This document shows positions 45,441 through 59,887 of a DNA stretch of 64,000 nt, one piece after another. The DNA comes from Escherichia coli. GTDB taxonomy: Bacteria > Pseudomonadota > Gammaproteobacteria > Enterobacterales > Enterobacteriaceae. The notes beneath the pieces were generated by a model. It worked only from the letters and a program-made list of their open reading frames with translations, was not told the DNA's origin and searched no databases. The DNA lies in the NCBI RefSeq assembly GCF_003018255.1, contig NZ_CP027440.1. The stretch is one strand, 5' to 3'. The translations under genes were made by a program, and so were the position numbers. The number at the start of each line of letters is the position of its first letter. Position 1 is the stretch's first letter.

Positions 45441-46135
45441 GAAGCAGAAACCATCAGATAGCCACGACCACGCAGGGTTTTAAACCACGGGTGACCATCC
45501 TTACGATCCGGCAGTTTACGACGCAGGTTGGAAATATGCATATCGATAGCGCGGTCGAAAGGCGTCAGGCGCTTGCCCAGCACTTCCTGGCTTAAATGCT
45601 CACGGGAAACCACCTGACCCAGATGCTGTGCCAGCAAATAGAGCAGGGTAAACTCAGTACCGGTTAACTCCAGTGTTTGCCCGTCGAAGGTGGCTTCCTG
45701 GCGACCAGGATTGAGACTTAAGGCATCAACTTCCAGTGTCGGTGAACCGTTGTCGTTGTTTTGCTGTTGTTCGCTCCAGTGCGAACGGCGCAGGATCGCG
45801 CGAATACGTGCCACCAGCTCACGATCATTAAACGGTTTCGGGAGATAGTCATCTGCGCCCAGCTCAAGGCCGAGAACGCGATCAAGTTCACTGCCGCGCG
45901 CCGTCAACATAATGACAGGCGTCTGGTGTGTCTGGCGAAGTGCTTTTAATGTGTCGATACCATTTTTCTTCGGCATCATTACATCAAGCAAAAGTAAATC
46001 AATGCTGTCGTCCAGAAGATCAAGCGCCTGTTCCCCATCGTGGGCAACAATCACGTTGAAGCCTTCCATCTCGAGCAGCTCCTTTAATAGGGAAGTCAGC
46101 TCTCGGTCATCATCAACTAACAGGATTTTATTCAT
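45437..46135 (-). CDS. cpxR: Envelope-stress response regulator CpxR, 232 aa
   Basis: ORF-track peptide MNKILLVDDDRELTSLLKELLEMEGFNV...; 4-nt overlap with cpxA. Confidence 0.95.
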   Translation of the reverse strand: MNKILLVDDDRELTSLLKELLEMEGFNVIVAHDGEQALDLLDDSIDLLLLDVMMPKKNGIDTLKALRQTHQTPVIMLTARGSELDRVLGLELGADDYLPKPFNDRELVARIRAILRRSHWSEQQQNNDNGSPTLEVDALSLNPGRQEATFDGQTLELTGTEFTLLYLLAQHLGQVVSREHLSQEVLGKRLTPFDRAIDMHISNLRRKLPDRKDGHPWFKTLRGRGYLMVSAS

Positions 46136-46190
46136 TGTTTAAATACCTCCGAGGCAGAAATTACGTCATCAGACGTCGCTAATCCATGAC

Positions 46191-46205
46191 TTTACGTTGT
46201 TTTAC
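46191..46205 (-). promoter_or_regulatory. CpxR box (GTAAA-N5-GTAAA) in the cpxR-cpxP divergent region
   Basis: Plus-strand tttacgttgttttac is the reverse complement of GTAAAacaacGTAAA; an additional GTAAA at about 46236. Confidence 0.65.
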
Positions 46206-46284
46206 ACCCCCTGACGCATGTTTGCAGCCTGAATCGTAAACTCTCTATCGTTGAATCGCGACAGAAAGATTTTGGGAGCAAATG

Positions 46285-46785
46285 ATGCGCATAGTTACCG
46301 CTGCCGTCATGGCCTCAACGCTGGCAGTCAGTTCATTAAGCCACGCTGCTGAAGTCGGTTCAGGCGATAACTGGCATCCGGGTGAAGAACTTACGCAGCG
46401 CAGTACGCAGAGCCATATGTTCGACGGCATAAGTTTAACCGAACATCAGCGTCAGCAGATGCGAGATCTTATGCAACAGGCCCGGCACGAACAGCCTCCT
46501 GTTAATGTTAGCGAACTGGAGACAATGCATCGCCTTGTCACCGCAGAAAATTTTGATGAAAACGCTGTGCGCGCACAGGCAGAAAAAATGGCGAATGAGC
46601 AAATTGCTCGTCAGGTTGAGATGGCAAAAGTCCGCAACCAAATGTATCGCCTGTTAACGCCGGAGCAGCAAGCGGTTTTAAATGAGAAACATCAACAACG
46701 AATGGAGCAGTTGCGTGACGTGACGCAATGGCAAAAAAGTTCATCGTTGAAGCTATTGAGTAGTAGCAACTCACGTTCCCAGTAG
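46285..46785 (+). CDS. cpxP: Periplasmic Cpx-pathway inhibitor/adaptor CpxP, 166 aa
   Basis: ORF 46282..46785; peptide [36 protein letters not shown]... Confidence 0.93.
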
Positions 46786-46794
46786 TAAACCCTG

Positions 46795-46852
46795 TTTTCC
46801 TTGCCATAGACACCATCCCTGTCTTCCCCCACATGATGTGGGGGTTTTTTTT
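46795..46852 (+). ncRNA. cpxQ: cpxP 3'UTR-derived sRNA (CpxQ-like), ending at the cpxP terminator
   Basis: Segment from the cpxP stop to the terminator hairpin cccccacatgatgtggggg plus T8 (46826-46852); CpxQ is known to be processed from this 3'UTR. Confidence 0.45.
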
Positions 46853-46933
46853 ATCCTCAATTTGCCTGCTGCTTAATGCATTGCAGATGATTTGCTTCCG
46901 TTATACTAGCGTCAGTTGATAGCGGGAGTATTT

Positions 46934-47836
46934 ATGAATCAATCTTATGGACGGCTGGTCAGTCGGGCGGCGATTGCTGCAACGGCGATGGCTTCACTGC
47001 TATTGCTGATTAAAATTTTTGCATGGTGGTATACCGGGTCGGTGAGTATTCTCGCCGCGCTGGTGGATTCGCTGGTGGATATCGGCGCGTCGTTGACGAA
47101 TTTACTGGTGGTGCGATATTCCCTGCAACCTGCCGACGATAATCACTCGTTTGGTCACGGTAAAGCTGAGTCCCTCGCGGCGCTGGCGCAAAGTATGTTT
47201 ATCTCCGGTTCAGCACTATTCCTGTTTTTGACGGGTATTCAACATCTGATATCTCCAACACCGATGACAGATCCAGGCGTCGGGGTTATCGTGACAATTG
47301 TGGCGCTAATTTGTACGATTATCCTTGTCTCGTTTCAGCGTTGGGTGGTGCGCCGGACGCAAAGCCAGGCGGTGCGGGCTGATATGCTACATTACCAGTC
47401 TGATGTTATGATGAACGGTGCAATTCTGCTGGCGCTGGGGTTGTCCTGGTACGGCTGGCATCGCGCCGATGCTCTGTTTGCATTGGGAATCGGCATCTAT
47501 ATTTTATATAGCGCGTTACGCATGGGATATGAGGCGGTACAGTCATTACTGGATCGCGCATTGCCTGATGAAGAACGGCAAGAAATTATTGATATCGTGA
47601 CTTCCTGGCCGGGTGTTAGCGGCGCTCACGATCTTCGCACGCGGCAGTCAGGGCCGACCCGCTTTATTCAGATTCATTTGGAAATGGAAGACTCTCTGCC
47701 TTTGGTTCAGGCACATATGGTGGCGGATCAGGTAGAGCAGGCTATTTTACGGCGTTTTCCGGGATCGGATGTGATTATCCATCAGGACCCCTGTTCCGTC
47801 GTACCCAGGGAGGGTAAACGGTCTATGCTTTCATAA
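46934..47836 (+). CDS. fieF: Cation-diffusion-facilitator Fe/Zn efflux transporter FieF (YiiP), 300 aa
   Basis: ORF 46916..47836; start at internal Met ([36 protein letters not shown]...). Confidence 0.92.
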
Positions 47837-48016
47837 TCAGTATAAAAGAGAGCCAGACCCGCATTTTGTGTATAAAATACCGCCATTTGGCCTGACCTGA
47901 ATCAATTCAGCAGGAAGTGATTGTTATACTATTTGCACATTCGTTGGATCACTTCGATGTGCAAGAAGACTTCCGGCAACAGATTTCATTTTGCATTCCA
48001 AAGTTCAGAGGTAGTC

Positions 48017-48979
48017 ATGATTAAGAAAATCGGTGTGTTGACAAGCGGCGGTGATGCGCCAGGCATGAACGCCGCAATTCGCGGGGTTGTTCGTTCTGCG
48101 CTGACAGAAGGTCTGGAAGTAATGGGCATTTATGACGGCTATCTGGGTCTGTATGAAGACCGTATGGTACAGCTAGACCGTTACAGCGTTTCTGACATGA
48201 TCAACCGTGGTGGTACGTTCCTCGGTTCTGCGCGTTTCCCGGAATTCCGCGACGAGAACATCCGCGCCGTGGCTATCGAAAACCTGAAAAAACGTGGTAT
48301 CGACGCGCTGGTGGTTATCGGCGGTGACGGTTCCTACATGGGTGCAATGCGTCTGACCGAAATGGGCTTCCCGTGCATCGGTCTGCCGGGCACTATCGAC
48401 AACGACATCAAAGGCACTGACTACACTATCGGTTTCTTCACTGCGCTGAGCACCGTTGTAGAAGCGATCGACCGTCTGCGTGACACCTCTTCTTCTCACC
48501 AGCGTATTTCCGTGGTGGAAGTGATGGGCCGTTATTGTGGCGATCTGACTTTGGCTGCGGCTATTGCCGGTGGCTGTGAATTCGTTGTGGTTCCGGAAGT
48601 TGAATTCAGCCGTGAAGACCTGGTAAACGAAATCAAAGCGGGTATCGCGAAAGGTAAAAAACACGCGATAGTGGCGATTACCGAACATATGTGTGATGTT
48701 GACGAACTGGCGCATTTCATCGAGAAAGAAACCGGTCGTGAAACCCGCGCAACTGTGCTGGGCCACATCCAGCGCGGTGGTTCTCCGGTGCCTTACGACC
48801 GTATTCTGGCTTCCCGTATGGGCGCTTACGCTATCGAGCTGCTGCTGGCAGGTTACGGTGGTCGTTGCGTAGGTATCCAGAACGAACAGCTGGTTCACCA
48901 CGACATCATCGACGCTATCGAAAACATGAAGCGTCCGTTCAAAGGCGACTGGCTGGACTGCGCGAAAAAACTGTATTAA
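48017..48979 (+). CDS. pfkA: 6-phosphofructokinase I, 320 aa
   Basis: ORF 47921..48979; ATG at 48017 ([26 protein letters not shown]...). Confidence 0.96.
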   Translation: MIKKIGVLTSGGDAPGMNAAIRGVVRSALTEGLEVMGIYDGYLGLYEDRMVQLDRYSVSDMINRGGTFLGSARFPEFRDENIRAVAIENLKKRGIDALVVIGGDGSYMGAMRLTEMGFPCIGLPGTIDNDIKGTDYTIGFFTALSTVVEAIDRLRDTSSSHQRISVVEVMGRYCGDLTLAAAIAGGCEFVVVPEVEFSREDLVNEIKAGIAKGKKHAIVAITEHMCDVDELAHFIEKETGRETRATVLGHIQRGGSPVPYDRILASRMGAYAIELLLAGYGGRCVGIQNEQLVHHDIIDAIENMKRPFKGDWLDCAKKLY

Positions 48980-49034
48980 TGATTTCGGAAAAAGGCAGAT
49001 TCCTTTAGCCTGAAACCGATGACAGAAGCAAAAA

Positions 49035-49135
49035 TGCCTGATGCGCTTCGCTTATCAGGCCTACATGAATTCTGCAATTTATTGAATTTGCGAACTTTTG
49101 TAGGCCGGATAAGGCGTTCGCGCCGCATCCGGCAT
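49035..49135. repeat. REP/BIME elements after pfkA
   Basis: gcctgatgcgcttcgcttatcaggcctac and gtaggccggataaggcgttcgcgccgcatccggca read directly. Confidence 0.75.
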
Positions 49136-49298
49136 GGACAAAGCGCACTTTGTCAGCAATATGAGGCGGATTTCTTCCGCCTTTTTAATCCCCCTACATA
49201 TACCCGCAAGTTATAGCCAATCTTTTTTTATTCTTTAATGTTTGGTTAACCTTCTGGCACGCTTTGCTCATCACAACACAACATAAGAGAGTCGGGCG

Positions 49299-50288
49299 AT
49301 GAACAAGTGGGGCGTAGGGTTAACATTTTTGCTGGCGGCAACCAGCGTTATGGCAAAGGATATTCAGCTTCTTAACGTTTCATATGATCCAACGCGCGAA
49401 TTGTACGAACAGTACAACAAGGTATTCAGCGCCCACTGGAAACAGCAAACTGGCGATAACGTGGTGATCCGTCAGTCCCACGGTGGTTCAGGCAAACAAG
49501 CGACGTCGGTAATCAACGGTATTGAAGCTGATGTTGTCACGCTGGCTCTGGCCTATGACGTGGACGCGATTGCGGAACGCGGGCGGATTGATAAAGAGTG
49601 GATCAAACGTCTGCCGGATAACTCCGCACCGTACACTTCCACCATTGTTTTCCTGGTGCGTAAGGGCAATCCGAAGCAGATCCATGACTGGAACGATCTG
49701 ATTAAACCGGGTGTTTCGGTGATCACGCCTAATCCGAAAAGCTCTGGTGGCGCGCGCTGGAACTACCTGGCAGCCTGGGGCTACGCGCTGCATCACAACA
49801 ACAACGATCAGGCAAAAGCACAGGATTTTGTTCGGGCACTGTATAAAAACGTCGAAGTTCTGGATTCTGGCGCGCGCGGCTCCACTAATACCTTTGTCGA
49901 GCGCGGGATTGGCGATGTACTGATTGCCTGGGAAAACGAAGCTCTGCTGGCAGCGAATGAACTGGGGAAAGATAAATTCGAAATTGTCACGCCGAGTGAG
50001 TCTATCCTCGCAGAGCCAACCGTGTCGGTGGTCGATAAAGTGGTCGAGAAAAAAGGCACCAAAGAGGTGGCGGAAGCCTACCTGAAATATCTCTACTCGC
50101 CAGAAGGTCAGGAAATTGCCGCGAAAAACTACTACCGTCCGCGCGATGCTGAGGTGGCGAAAAAGTACGAAAATGCGTTTCCAAAGCTGAAGTTATTCAC
50201 CATTGATGAAGAGTTCGGCGGCTGGACGAAAGCGCAAAAAGAGCATTTTGCTAACGGCGGTACGTTCGATCAGATTAGCAAACGCTGA
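49299..50288 (+). CDS. sbp: Periplasmic sulfate-binding protein, 329 aa
   Basis: Signal peptide [19 protein letters not shown] followed by the mature binding protein. Confidence 0.93.
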   Translation: MNKWGVGLTFLLAATSVMAKDIQLLNVSYDPTRELYEQYNKVFSAHWKQQTGDNVVIRQSHGGSGKQATSVINGIEADVVTLALAYDVDAIAERGRIDKEWIKRLPDNSAPYTSTIVFLVRKGNPKQIHDWNDLIKPGVSVITPNPKSSGGARWNYLAAWGYALHHNNNDQAKAQDFVRALYKNVEVLDSGARGSTNTFVERGIGDVLIAWENEALLAANELGKDKFEIVTPSESILAEPTVSVVDKVVEKKGTKEVAEAYLKYLYSPEGQEIAAKNYYRPRDAEVAKKYENAFPKLKLFTIDEEFGGWTKAQKEHFANGGTFDQISKR

Positions 50289-50393
50289 TTTCTCCAGGAT
50301 AATTATCAAACCCGGTGGTTTCTCGCGACTGGGTTTTTTATTTGTCACGATTTTGCGTTACCCTTGCATCTCTTTGAGGTACAGGGAAAAAAG

Positions 50394-51149
50394 ATGAAAA
50401 AAGCGGGTCTTCTTTTTTTGGTGATGATAGTTATCGCCGTTGTGGCTGCCGGTATTGGTTACTGGAAATTAACCGGTGAAGAGTCGGATACATTACGTAA
50501 GATTGTCCTTGAGGAATGTTTGCCCAATCAGCAGCAAAATCAAAATCCTTCGCCATGTGCGGAAGTCAAACCCAATGCCGGATACGTGGTTTTAAAAGAT
50601 CTTAATGGCCCACTGCAATATCTGTTGATGCCAACGTATCGTATTAACGGTACTGAAAGTCCTTTGTTGACCGATCCTTCAACGCCGAACTTCTTTTGGT
50701 TGGCCTGGCAGGCGCGTGATTTTATGAGCAAAAAATACGGCCAGCCGGTTCCCGATCGCGCGGTTTCTTTGGCGATCAACTCTCGCACCGGGCGTACGCA
50801 AAACCATTTTCATATTCATATCTCTTGTATTCGTCCTGATGTGCGCGAACAGCTGGATAACAATCTGGCGAACATCAGCAGCCGCTGGTTGCCACTGCCA
50901 GGTGGTTTGCGCGGGCATGAATACCTGGCGCGTCGGGTAACGGAAAGCGAACTGGTACAACGCAGCCCATTTATGATGCTTGCAGAAGAAGTGCCTGAGG
51001 CGCGGGAACATATGGGAAGCTACGGGCTGGCGATGGTGCGGCAGAGTGATAACTCATTTGTATTGCTGGCGACACAACGAAATCTACTGACGCTTAACCG
51101 TGCTTCAGCCGAGGAAATCCAGGATCATCAGTGTGAGATTTTGCGTTAA
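50394..51149 (+). CDS. cdh: CDP-diacylglycerol pyrophosphatase, 251 aa
   Basis: ORF 50364..51149; start at internal Met ([24 protein letters not shown]...). Confidence 0.9.
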   Translation: MKKAGLLFLVMIVIAVVAAGIGYWKLTGEESDTLRKIVLEECLPNQQQNQNPSPCAEVKPNAGYVVLKDLNGPLQYLLMPTYRINGTESPLLTDPSTPNFFWLAWQARDFMSKKYGQPVPDRAVSLAINSRTGRTQNHFHIHISCIRPDVREQLDNNLANISSRWLPLPGGLRGHEYLARRVTESELVQRSPFMMLAEEVPEAREHMGSYGLAMVRQSDNSFVLLATQRNLLTLNRASAEEIQDHQCEILR

Positions 51150-51171
51150 GGCGAGGAGTTAAGGAAAGTAA

Positions 51172-51194
51172 GTGCCGGATATGAAATCCGGCAC
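51172..51194. terminator. Bidirectional hairpin terminator between cdh and tpiA (gtgccggatatgaaatccggcac)
   Basis: Perfect 8-bp stem read between the convergent stops. Confidence 0.65.
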
Positions 51195-51203
51195 CTGTCA
51201 GAC

Positions 51204-51971
51204 TTAAGCCTGTTTAGCCGCTTCTGCAGCTTTAACGATCACTGCGAAAGCGTCAGCTTTCAGAGAAGCACCGCCAACCAGCGCGCCGTCGATGTCTGGT
51301 TGAGCAAACAGTTCTGCAGCGTTAGACGCGTTTACAGAGCCGCCGTACTGAATGATCACTTGTTCAGCGATGTTAGCGTCAACTTTAGCGATGTGGTCAC
51401 GGATGAATTTGTGAACAGCCTGTGCCTGAGCCGGAGTTGCAGATTTGCCAGTACCGATTGCCCATACGGGTTCGTAAGCGATAACCGCACCTTCGAATGC
51501 CGCAGCACCCTGAGTTTTCAGTACCGCGTCGATCTGACGTGCACAAACTTCTTCAGTTTTGCCCGCTTCGTTTTCAGCTTCGGTTTCACCGATGCACAGA
51601 ACCGGAGTCAGACCCTGCTCTTTCAGCACCGCGAATTTTTTCGCGATCAGTTCGTCAGACTCTTTGTGGTAAGTACGACGTTCAGAGTGGCCGATGATGA
51701 TGTACTGTGCGCCGATGTCTTTCAGCATAGCAGCAGAGGTTTCACCGGTGAATGCGCCGGACAGGTTCAGGTCCACGTTTTGCGCACCCAGCATGATGTG
51801 GCTGCCTTCAGCTTCACGCTTCGCCATATCGATGTACATTTCCGGTGGTGCGATTGCAACCGCACAGCCAGCAACACCTGCCAGCTCTTTACGCAGGTTA
51901 GATACCAGCTCGTGAACCATGTGGCGGCTGCCGTTCAGTTTCCAGTTACCCATCACTAAAGGATGTCGCAT
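51204..51971 (-). CDS. tpiA: Triosephosphate isomerase, 255 aa
   Basis: ORF-track peptide [32 protein letters not shown]... Confidence 0.97.
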
Positions 51972-52078
51972 TTTAATTCTCCACGCTTATAAGCGAATAA
52001 AGGAAGATGGCCGCCCCGCAGGGCAGCAGGTCTGTGAAACAGTATAGAGATTCATCGGCACAAAGGCTTTGCTTTTTG

Positions 52079-52678
52079 TCATTTATTCAAACCTTCAAGC
52101 GATTCAGATAGCGCCAGCTTAATCGGTTCAACAGCGAAGGTCAGCCCCTTTTCGCCGTTGTCCGCGACAACATAACGCAGTGCACCTTCTGTCTCGGTGT
52201 AATAACGTTTGTTTTTCCCCGCCGTTAGTAGCGCCTGCAGTTTTTTCTGGCTTTGAGTTTTGGTCATTAATGGGGTGAGTGTGCGGATCACCGCTGCCAT
52301 GTATGCCTGAGCTTTCGCTTTCGCGGCTTTTTGCTCTGGCCCCTGGATGGGTAGCCAGGTCATTTGAATGCTTTTGATTTTTAAGGTACCGCGCTCCAGC
52401 GCAGTAGAAGCATACAAGTTCTCGTTAATTTTACTTGCTGCACGAGTGAGATTGGCTTTGTCGGGACTGCTGTCGATGGCACGAAATTCGTTCAGTGGCA
52501 GGCTGGGATTCTGGCTGTTAAAGTCTTCTCGAAACTGGCTGATGGAGAGATCGAAAGTAGGGGCTCCAGCCAGCAGATAAGGCGCGGTCGTTGCCGTATC
52601 TGGTGTTTGTGCATGCGCCGTTGTTGTAACGGTTAATGCAGAACATAAGAGAAAAAACAGCGTACACCCTGGCTTCAT
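52079..52678 (-). CDS. yiiQ: Exported DUF1454-family protein YiiQ, 199 aa
   Basis: Signal peptide MKPGCTLFFLLCSALTVTTTAHA. Confidence 0.85.
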   Translation of the reverse strand: MKPGCTLFFLLCSALTVTTTAHAQTPDTATTAPYLLAGAPTFDLSISQFREDFNSQNPSLPLNEFRAIDSSPDKANLTRAASKINENLYASTALERGTLKIKSIQMTWLPIQGPEQKAAKAKAQAYMAAVIRTLTPLMTKTQSQKKLQALLTAGKNKRYYTETEGALRYVVADNGEKGLTFAVEPIKLALSESLEGLNK

Positions 52679-52778
52679 TGACAGTACCTTTTGTTATGAC
52701 TGGCTCCGATTAAAACGATATCTGTCGCCCTTGTCAAAAGGGTAGAATCCTGGAAAAGACAACCATCAAGGAACTTAC

Positions 52779-53219
52779 ATGACCATACAGCAATGGTTAT
52801 TCTCATTTAAAGGGCGTATTGGACGCCGTGATTTCTGGATTTGGATAGGCCTGTGGTTTGCAGGCATGCTGGTGCTTTTCTCACTGGCGGGTAAAAATTT
52901 ACTCGATATTCAGACCGCGGCGTTTTGCCTTGTGTGCTTGCTTTGGCCAACAGCGGCAGTAACCGTTAAGCGCTTGCATGATCGCGGGCGTTCCGGCGCA
53001 TGGGCATTTCTGATGATTGTGGCGTGGATGCTGCTGGCGGGTAACTGGGCAATTTTACCGGGTGTCTGGCAATGGGCGGTGGGGCGTTTTGTCCCGACAT
53101 TGATTCTGGTGATGATGCTTATCGATCTTGGTGCGTTTGTTGGCACACAAGGCGAAAATAAATATGGTAAAGATACCCAGGATGTGAAGTATAAAGCCGA
53201 CAATAAATCAAGTAATTAA
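52779..53219 (+). CDS. yiiR: DUF805-family inner-membrane protein YiiR, 146 aa
   Basis: ORF-track peptide MTIQQWLFSFKGRIGRRDFWIWIGLWFAG... Confidence 0.85.
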   Translation: MTIQQWLFSFKGRIGRRDFWIWIGLWFAGMLVLFSLAGKNLLDIQTAAFCLVCLLWPTAAVTVKRLHDRGRSGAWAFLMIVAWMLLAGNWAILPGVWQWAVGRFVPTLILVMMLIDLGAFVGTQGENKYGKDTQDVKYKADNKSSN

Positions 53220-53430
53220 CCTTTAATATATCTCTTATCGCTATTTTTTTCCGGGATTGTTATTTCCACGATGCAAGTGACAATGCCCGGAAAATCCTTC
53301 TGAACTCTTCACCTTAAGCAATATCAAAAAAAATGGTAATCCATAAGATCATTACTTGTTTGTTCTTCCTTTAACGGCGCATTATTCTTAAGTCGTAATC
53401 GACAGAGAGGCGAATATACAGAGGTGCCCT

Positions 53431-53730
53431 ATGAAAGATGTCGTAGATAAATGCAGTACTAAAGGATGTGCGATTGATATCGGTACGGTGATTGATAACG
53501 ACAACTGTACCAGTAAGTTTTCGCGCTTTTTTGCCACCCGCGAAGAAGCAGAGTCCTTTATGACCAAACTGAAAGAGCTTGCCGCCGCTGCATCCTCTGC
53601 AGATGAAGGGGCCAGCGTGGCCTATAAGATTAAGGATCTGGAAGGGCAAGTTGAGCTTGATGCGGCCTTCACCTTCTCATGCCAGGCCGAGATGATTATT
53701 TTTGAGTTATCACTGCGTTCGTTAGCTTGA
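53431..53730 (+). CDS. yiiS: DUF406-family protein YiiS, 99 aa
   Basis: ORF-track peptide [26 protein letters not shown]... Confidence 0.8.
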   Translation: MKDVVDKCSTKGCAIDIGTVIDNDNCTSKFSRFFATREEAESFMTKLKELAAAASSADEGASVAYKIKDLEGQVELDAAFTFSCQAEMIIFELSLRSLA

Positions 53731-53756
53731 TGGAGTTGCTTTAGAAGGAGTTAAAT

Positions 53757-54185
53757 ATGGCTTATAAACACATTGGCGTGGCAATTTCCGGGAATGAAGA
53801 AGATGCCTTACTGGTGAATAAAGCCCTGGAGCTCGCCAGACATAATGACGCTCACCTGACGTTAATTCATATTGATGATGGCTTAAGCGAGTTGTATCCG
53901 GGTATCTACTTCCCTGCAACAGAAGATATTCTTCAATTGTTGAAGAATAAGTCGGATAACAAGCTGTATAAACTGACGAAAAATATTCAATGGCCGAAGA
54001 CAAAACTGCGTATTGAACGCGGAGAAATGCCGGAAACACTGCTGGAAATTATGCAAAAAGAGCAGTGCGACCTCCTTGTCTGTGGTCATCACCACTCATT
54101 TATCAACCGTTTGATGCCGGCATATCGCGGGATGATCAATAAGTTGAGTGCGGATTTGCTCATCGTGCCGTTTATCGATAAGTAA
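53757..54185 (+). CDS. uspD: Universal stress protein D, 142 aa
   Basis: ORF-track peptide [40 protein letters not shown]... Confidence 0.9.
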   Translation: MAYKHIGVAISGNEEDALLVNKALELARHNDAHLTLIHIDDGLSELYPGIYFPATEDILQLLKNKSDNKLYKLTKNIQWPKTKLRIERGEMPETLLEIMQKEQCDLLVCGHHHSFINRLMPAYRGMINKLSADLLIVPFIDK

Positions 54186-54189
54186 CCGC

Positions 54190-54936
54190 TTACCAGTAAT
54201 GCTCCGCTGTCATATGGCCCGGTCGGCGACGTAAATGTTTCGTCATCTGCCGGGTCTCTTTCAGTAACTGTTGCGTATCGCGCACCATCTGTGGATTGCC
54301 GCACAGCATCACATGGCTGGTTTCTTTATTCATCGGCAGGCCAACCGCGCTTTCCAGTTCACCACTTTCAATTAATGCCGGTATCCGTCCGGTGAGCGAC
54401 CCCGCTGTCGTTTCCCGACTGACCACCGTCTGAATGCGCAGTTTGCCTTCGTAGCGTTTTTCCAGTTCTTGCATCAGTGGCAAATAGCTTAAGTCGGCGG
54501 CATAACGTGCGGCGTGAACCAGGACCAGATTTTTGAAGCGCTCTAAATCTTTGCCCAGTTGCAGAATCGATAAATAAGGGCCAATCGCTGTACCGGTTGC
54601 CAGCATCCATAGCGTTTCGCAATCTGGTACTTCATCCAGCACAAAGAAGCCAGCTGCTTCGCTAACCACCTGCACTTCATCGCCCGGTTTCAGTGCCGCC
54701 AGTCGTGGGCTTAATTTGCCATCGGGGACGGTGACCAGGTAAAACTCCAGATCGGGATTATCGGGCGAGTTAACATAGGAGTAGGCGCGCTGGACGCGTT
54801 CGCCGTCGATTTCAAGGCCAAGCTTGGTGAATTGCCCGGCGGTAAACGGAAGCACGGGGGCGTGAACGGTGAGACTAAACAGGGCGTCGGTCCAGTTCTG
54901 CACTTTAGTGACTTTGCCTGTTACCCAATCAGCCAT
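54190..54936 (-). CDS. fpr: Ferredoxin/flavodoxin-NADP+ reductase, 248 aa
   Basis: ORF-track peptide MADWVTGKVTKVQNWTDALFSLTVHAPVLPFTAGQFTKLG... Confidence 0.93.
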   Translation of the reverse strand: MADWVTGKVTKVQNWTDALFSLTVHAPVLPFTAGQFTKLGLEIDGERVQRAYSYVNSPDNPDLEFYLVTVPDGKLSPRLAALKPGDEVQVVSEAAGFFVLDEVPDCETLWMLATGTAIGPYLSILQLGKDLERFKNLVLVHAARYAADLSYLPLMQELEKRYEGKLRIQTVVSRETTAGSLTGRIPALIESGELESAVGLPMNKETSHVMLCGNPQMVRDTQQLLKETRQMTKHLRRRPGHMTAEHYW

Positions 54937-54983
54937 GTTTTTCTCCTGTTTTGATTGACTTGCCTTATCTTCGTTCTCCGAAC

Positions 54984-55010
54984 AAAAAAATTCCAGTCCC
55001 GAAGGACTGG
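54984..55010 (-). terminator. Rho-independent terminator of glpX (ccagtccttcgggactgg plus T-run on the minus strand)
   Basis: Plus-strand aaaaaaa-ttccagtcccgaaggactgg read downstream of the glpX stop. Confidence 0.7.
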
Positions 55011-55032
55011 AAGGCTCAATCGATCAAATCAA

Positions 55033-56043
55033 TCAGAGGATGTGCACCTGCATTTCTGGGTCTTTGCGATCCAGATAGTGGATAGACTGAATGCGGCGAA
55101 TGGTGCGTGACTTGCCGCGGATCAGCAGCGTTTCGGTAGTCGCGATATTGCCTTTGCGGCTAATACCTTCCAGCAGATCACCTTTGGTGATGCCGGTGGC
55201 AGAAAAGATGACGTTGTCGCTGCGCGCCATATCGCCCAAACGCAATACTTTACCGGCTTCGATGCCCATCGCTTTGCAGCGTGCCAGCTCCTGCTCGCCA
55301 ATGCGACGATTCTCTTCGTTGTCGCCTTTGACGTCATGACGCGCCAGCAGACGACCGTTCATGTCACCATCTAATGCGCGGATCACCGCCGCAGAAACCA
55401 CGCCTTCCGGCGCGCCACCAATACCGTACAGCACGTCAACTTCGCTGTCTGGCATACAGGTGAGAATTGAGGCTGCAACGTCGCCGTCCGGAATAGCAAA
55501 TACGCGCACGCCGAGTTGCTGCATTTCTGCGATAACGGCATCGTGGCGCGGTTTTGCCAGAATCGTTACCGTCAGTTCGCTCAACGGTTTGCCGAGCGCC
55601 GCCGCAACATTGCGCAGGTTATCCGCCAGCGGCAGGTTCAGATCAATGGTGCCTTTGGCTCCCGGTCCGACGATCAGCTTCTCCATATACATATCTGGCG
55701 CGTTGAGGAAGCAGCCTTTATCGCCTACTGCCAGCACCGCCAGCGCGTTAGCCTGGCCCATCGCCGTCATGCGCGTGCCTTCAATCGGATCAACAGCAAT
55801 ATCTACCGCGTCGCCGCGACCAGTACCGACTTTTTCACCAATGTAGAGCATCGGTGCTTCGTCGATTTCACCTTCACCAATAACGATGGTGCCGTCAATG
55901 TTGACCTGGTTGAGCATAATACGCATGGCGTTTACCGCCGCGCCGTCCGCGGTGTTTTTATCGCCGCGTCCTAACCATTTGTAGCCAGCCAGCGCCGCTG
56001 ATTCGGTGACGCGGGAAAATTCGATGGCAAGTTCTCGTCTCAT
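55033..56043 (-). CDS. glpX: Fructose-1,6-bisphosphatase class II (GlpX), 336 aa
   Basis: ORF 55033..56172; start at internal Met (MRRELAIEFSRVTESAALAGYKWLGRGDKN...). Confidence 0.92.
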   Translation of the reverse strand: MRRELAIEFSRVTESAALAGYKWLGRGDKNTADGAAVNAMRIMLNQVNIDGTIVIGEGEIDEAPMLYIGEKVGTGRGDAVDIAVDPIEGTRMTAMGQANALAVLAVGDKGCFLNAPDMYMEKLIVGPGAKGTIDLNLPLADNLRNVAAALGKPLSELTVTILAKPRHDAVIAEMQQLGVRVFAIPDGDVAASILTCMPDSEVDVLYGIGGAPEGVVSAAVIRALDGDMNGRLLARHDVKGDNEENRRIGEQELARCKAMGIEAGKVLRLGDMARSDNVIFSATGITKGDLLEGISRKGNIATTETLLIRGKSRTIRRIQSIHYLDRKDPEMQVHIL

Positions 56044-56109
56044 AGTAAACTCTAAGCAGTAAGGAATGGCGCGAAGTGTAGCACAGGGGAAGGGCGGGAT
56101 TATTGATGT

Positions 56110-56172
56110 GTGCGGGGTTGCCCCCGCACGATTCAGGACTACCGGATGCGGCATAAACGCTTCATCCGGCAT
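56110..56172. repeat. REP-like palindromic element between glpK and glpX
   Basis: gcggggttgcccccgc hairpin and ccggatgcggcataaacgcttcatccggca read directly. Confidence 0.55.
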
Positions 56173-56177
56173 TTACA

Positions 56178-59225
<3,048 letters not shown>

Positions 59226-59280
59226 TTACGCTTCATCTTTCGCGTAATTTCTTTACTGTGTAGGCCAACAGGTAACGCAG

Positions 59281-59310
59281 AAAAAAGGCACCTTGCGGTG
59301 CCTTTTTTAT
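59281..59310. terminator. Bidirectional terminator between zapB and rraA (aaaaaa-ggcaccttgcggtgcc-tttttt)
   Basis: Perfect hairpin flanked by A- and T-runs. Confidence 0.8.
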
Positions 59311-59795
59311 CATTCAATATCCAGCGGATCTTCTGAAAGAATAATCCCGGTATTGTCGGCGTAAAGATGGTCGCCGGAGAAGAAGGTTACACCGCCAAAA
59401 TTGACGCGGACATCGCTTTCGCCAATGCCTTCGCCAGCGGCACCAACCGGAATTGCGGCCATTGCCTGGATGCCGATATCCAGCTCTTCCAGGTCATCTA
59501 CCTGACGCACCGCGCCGTAAATGACCAGACCTTCCCATTCATTTTGTACTGCCAGACGCGCCAGTTCAGCATCGACCAGTGCGCGACGAACAGAACCACC
59601 GCCATCGACGACAAGAACACGACCACGGCCATTCTGTTCGAGCAGATCGTACAGCAACCCGTTGTCCTCGAAACATTTTACCGTGATTATTTGTCCGCCA
59701 AACGACGCCCGTCCGCCAAAGTTGGAGAACAGCGGTTCCACGACGTTAACATCTTCTTGATAGATGTCACAAAGCTCGGAAGTATCGTATTTCAT
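59310..59795 (-). CDS. rraA: RNase E inhibitor RraA, 161 aa
   Basis: ORF-track peptide [36 protein letters not shown]... Confidence 0.93.
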
Positions 59796-59887
59796 AGGCT
59801 TAACATTCAGTTGCTGCGAGAATTTTCAGTATATCGCGCTATGTAGGCTGTTGGCAAAATCATCAATTGTTAATTGATATTTGTCAG

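Noticed and set aside
48173-48901. 242-aa minus-strand ORF inside pfkA
   Set aside because: Antisense shadow ORF of pfkA
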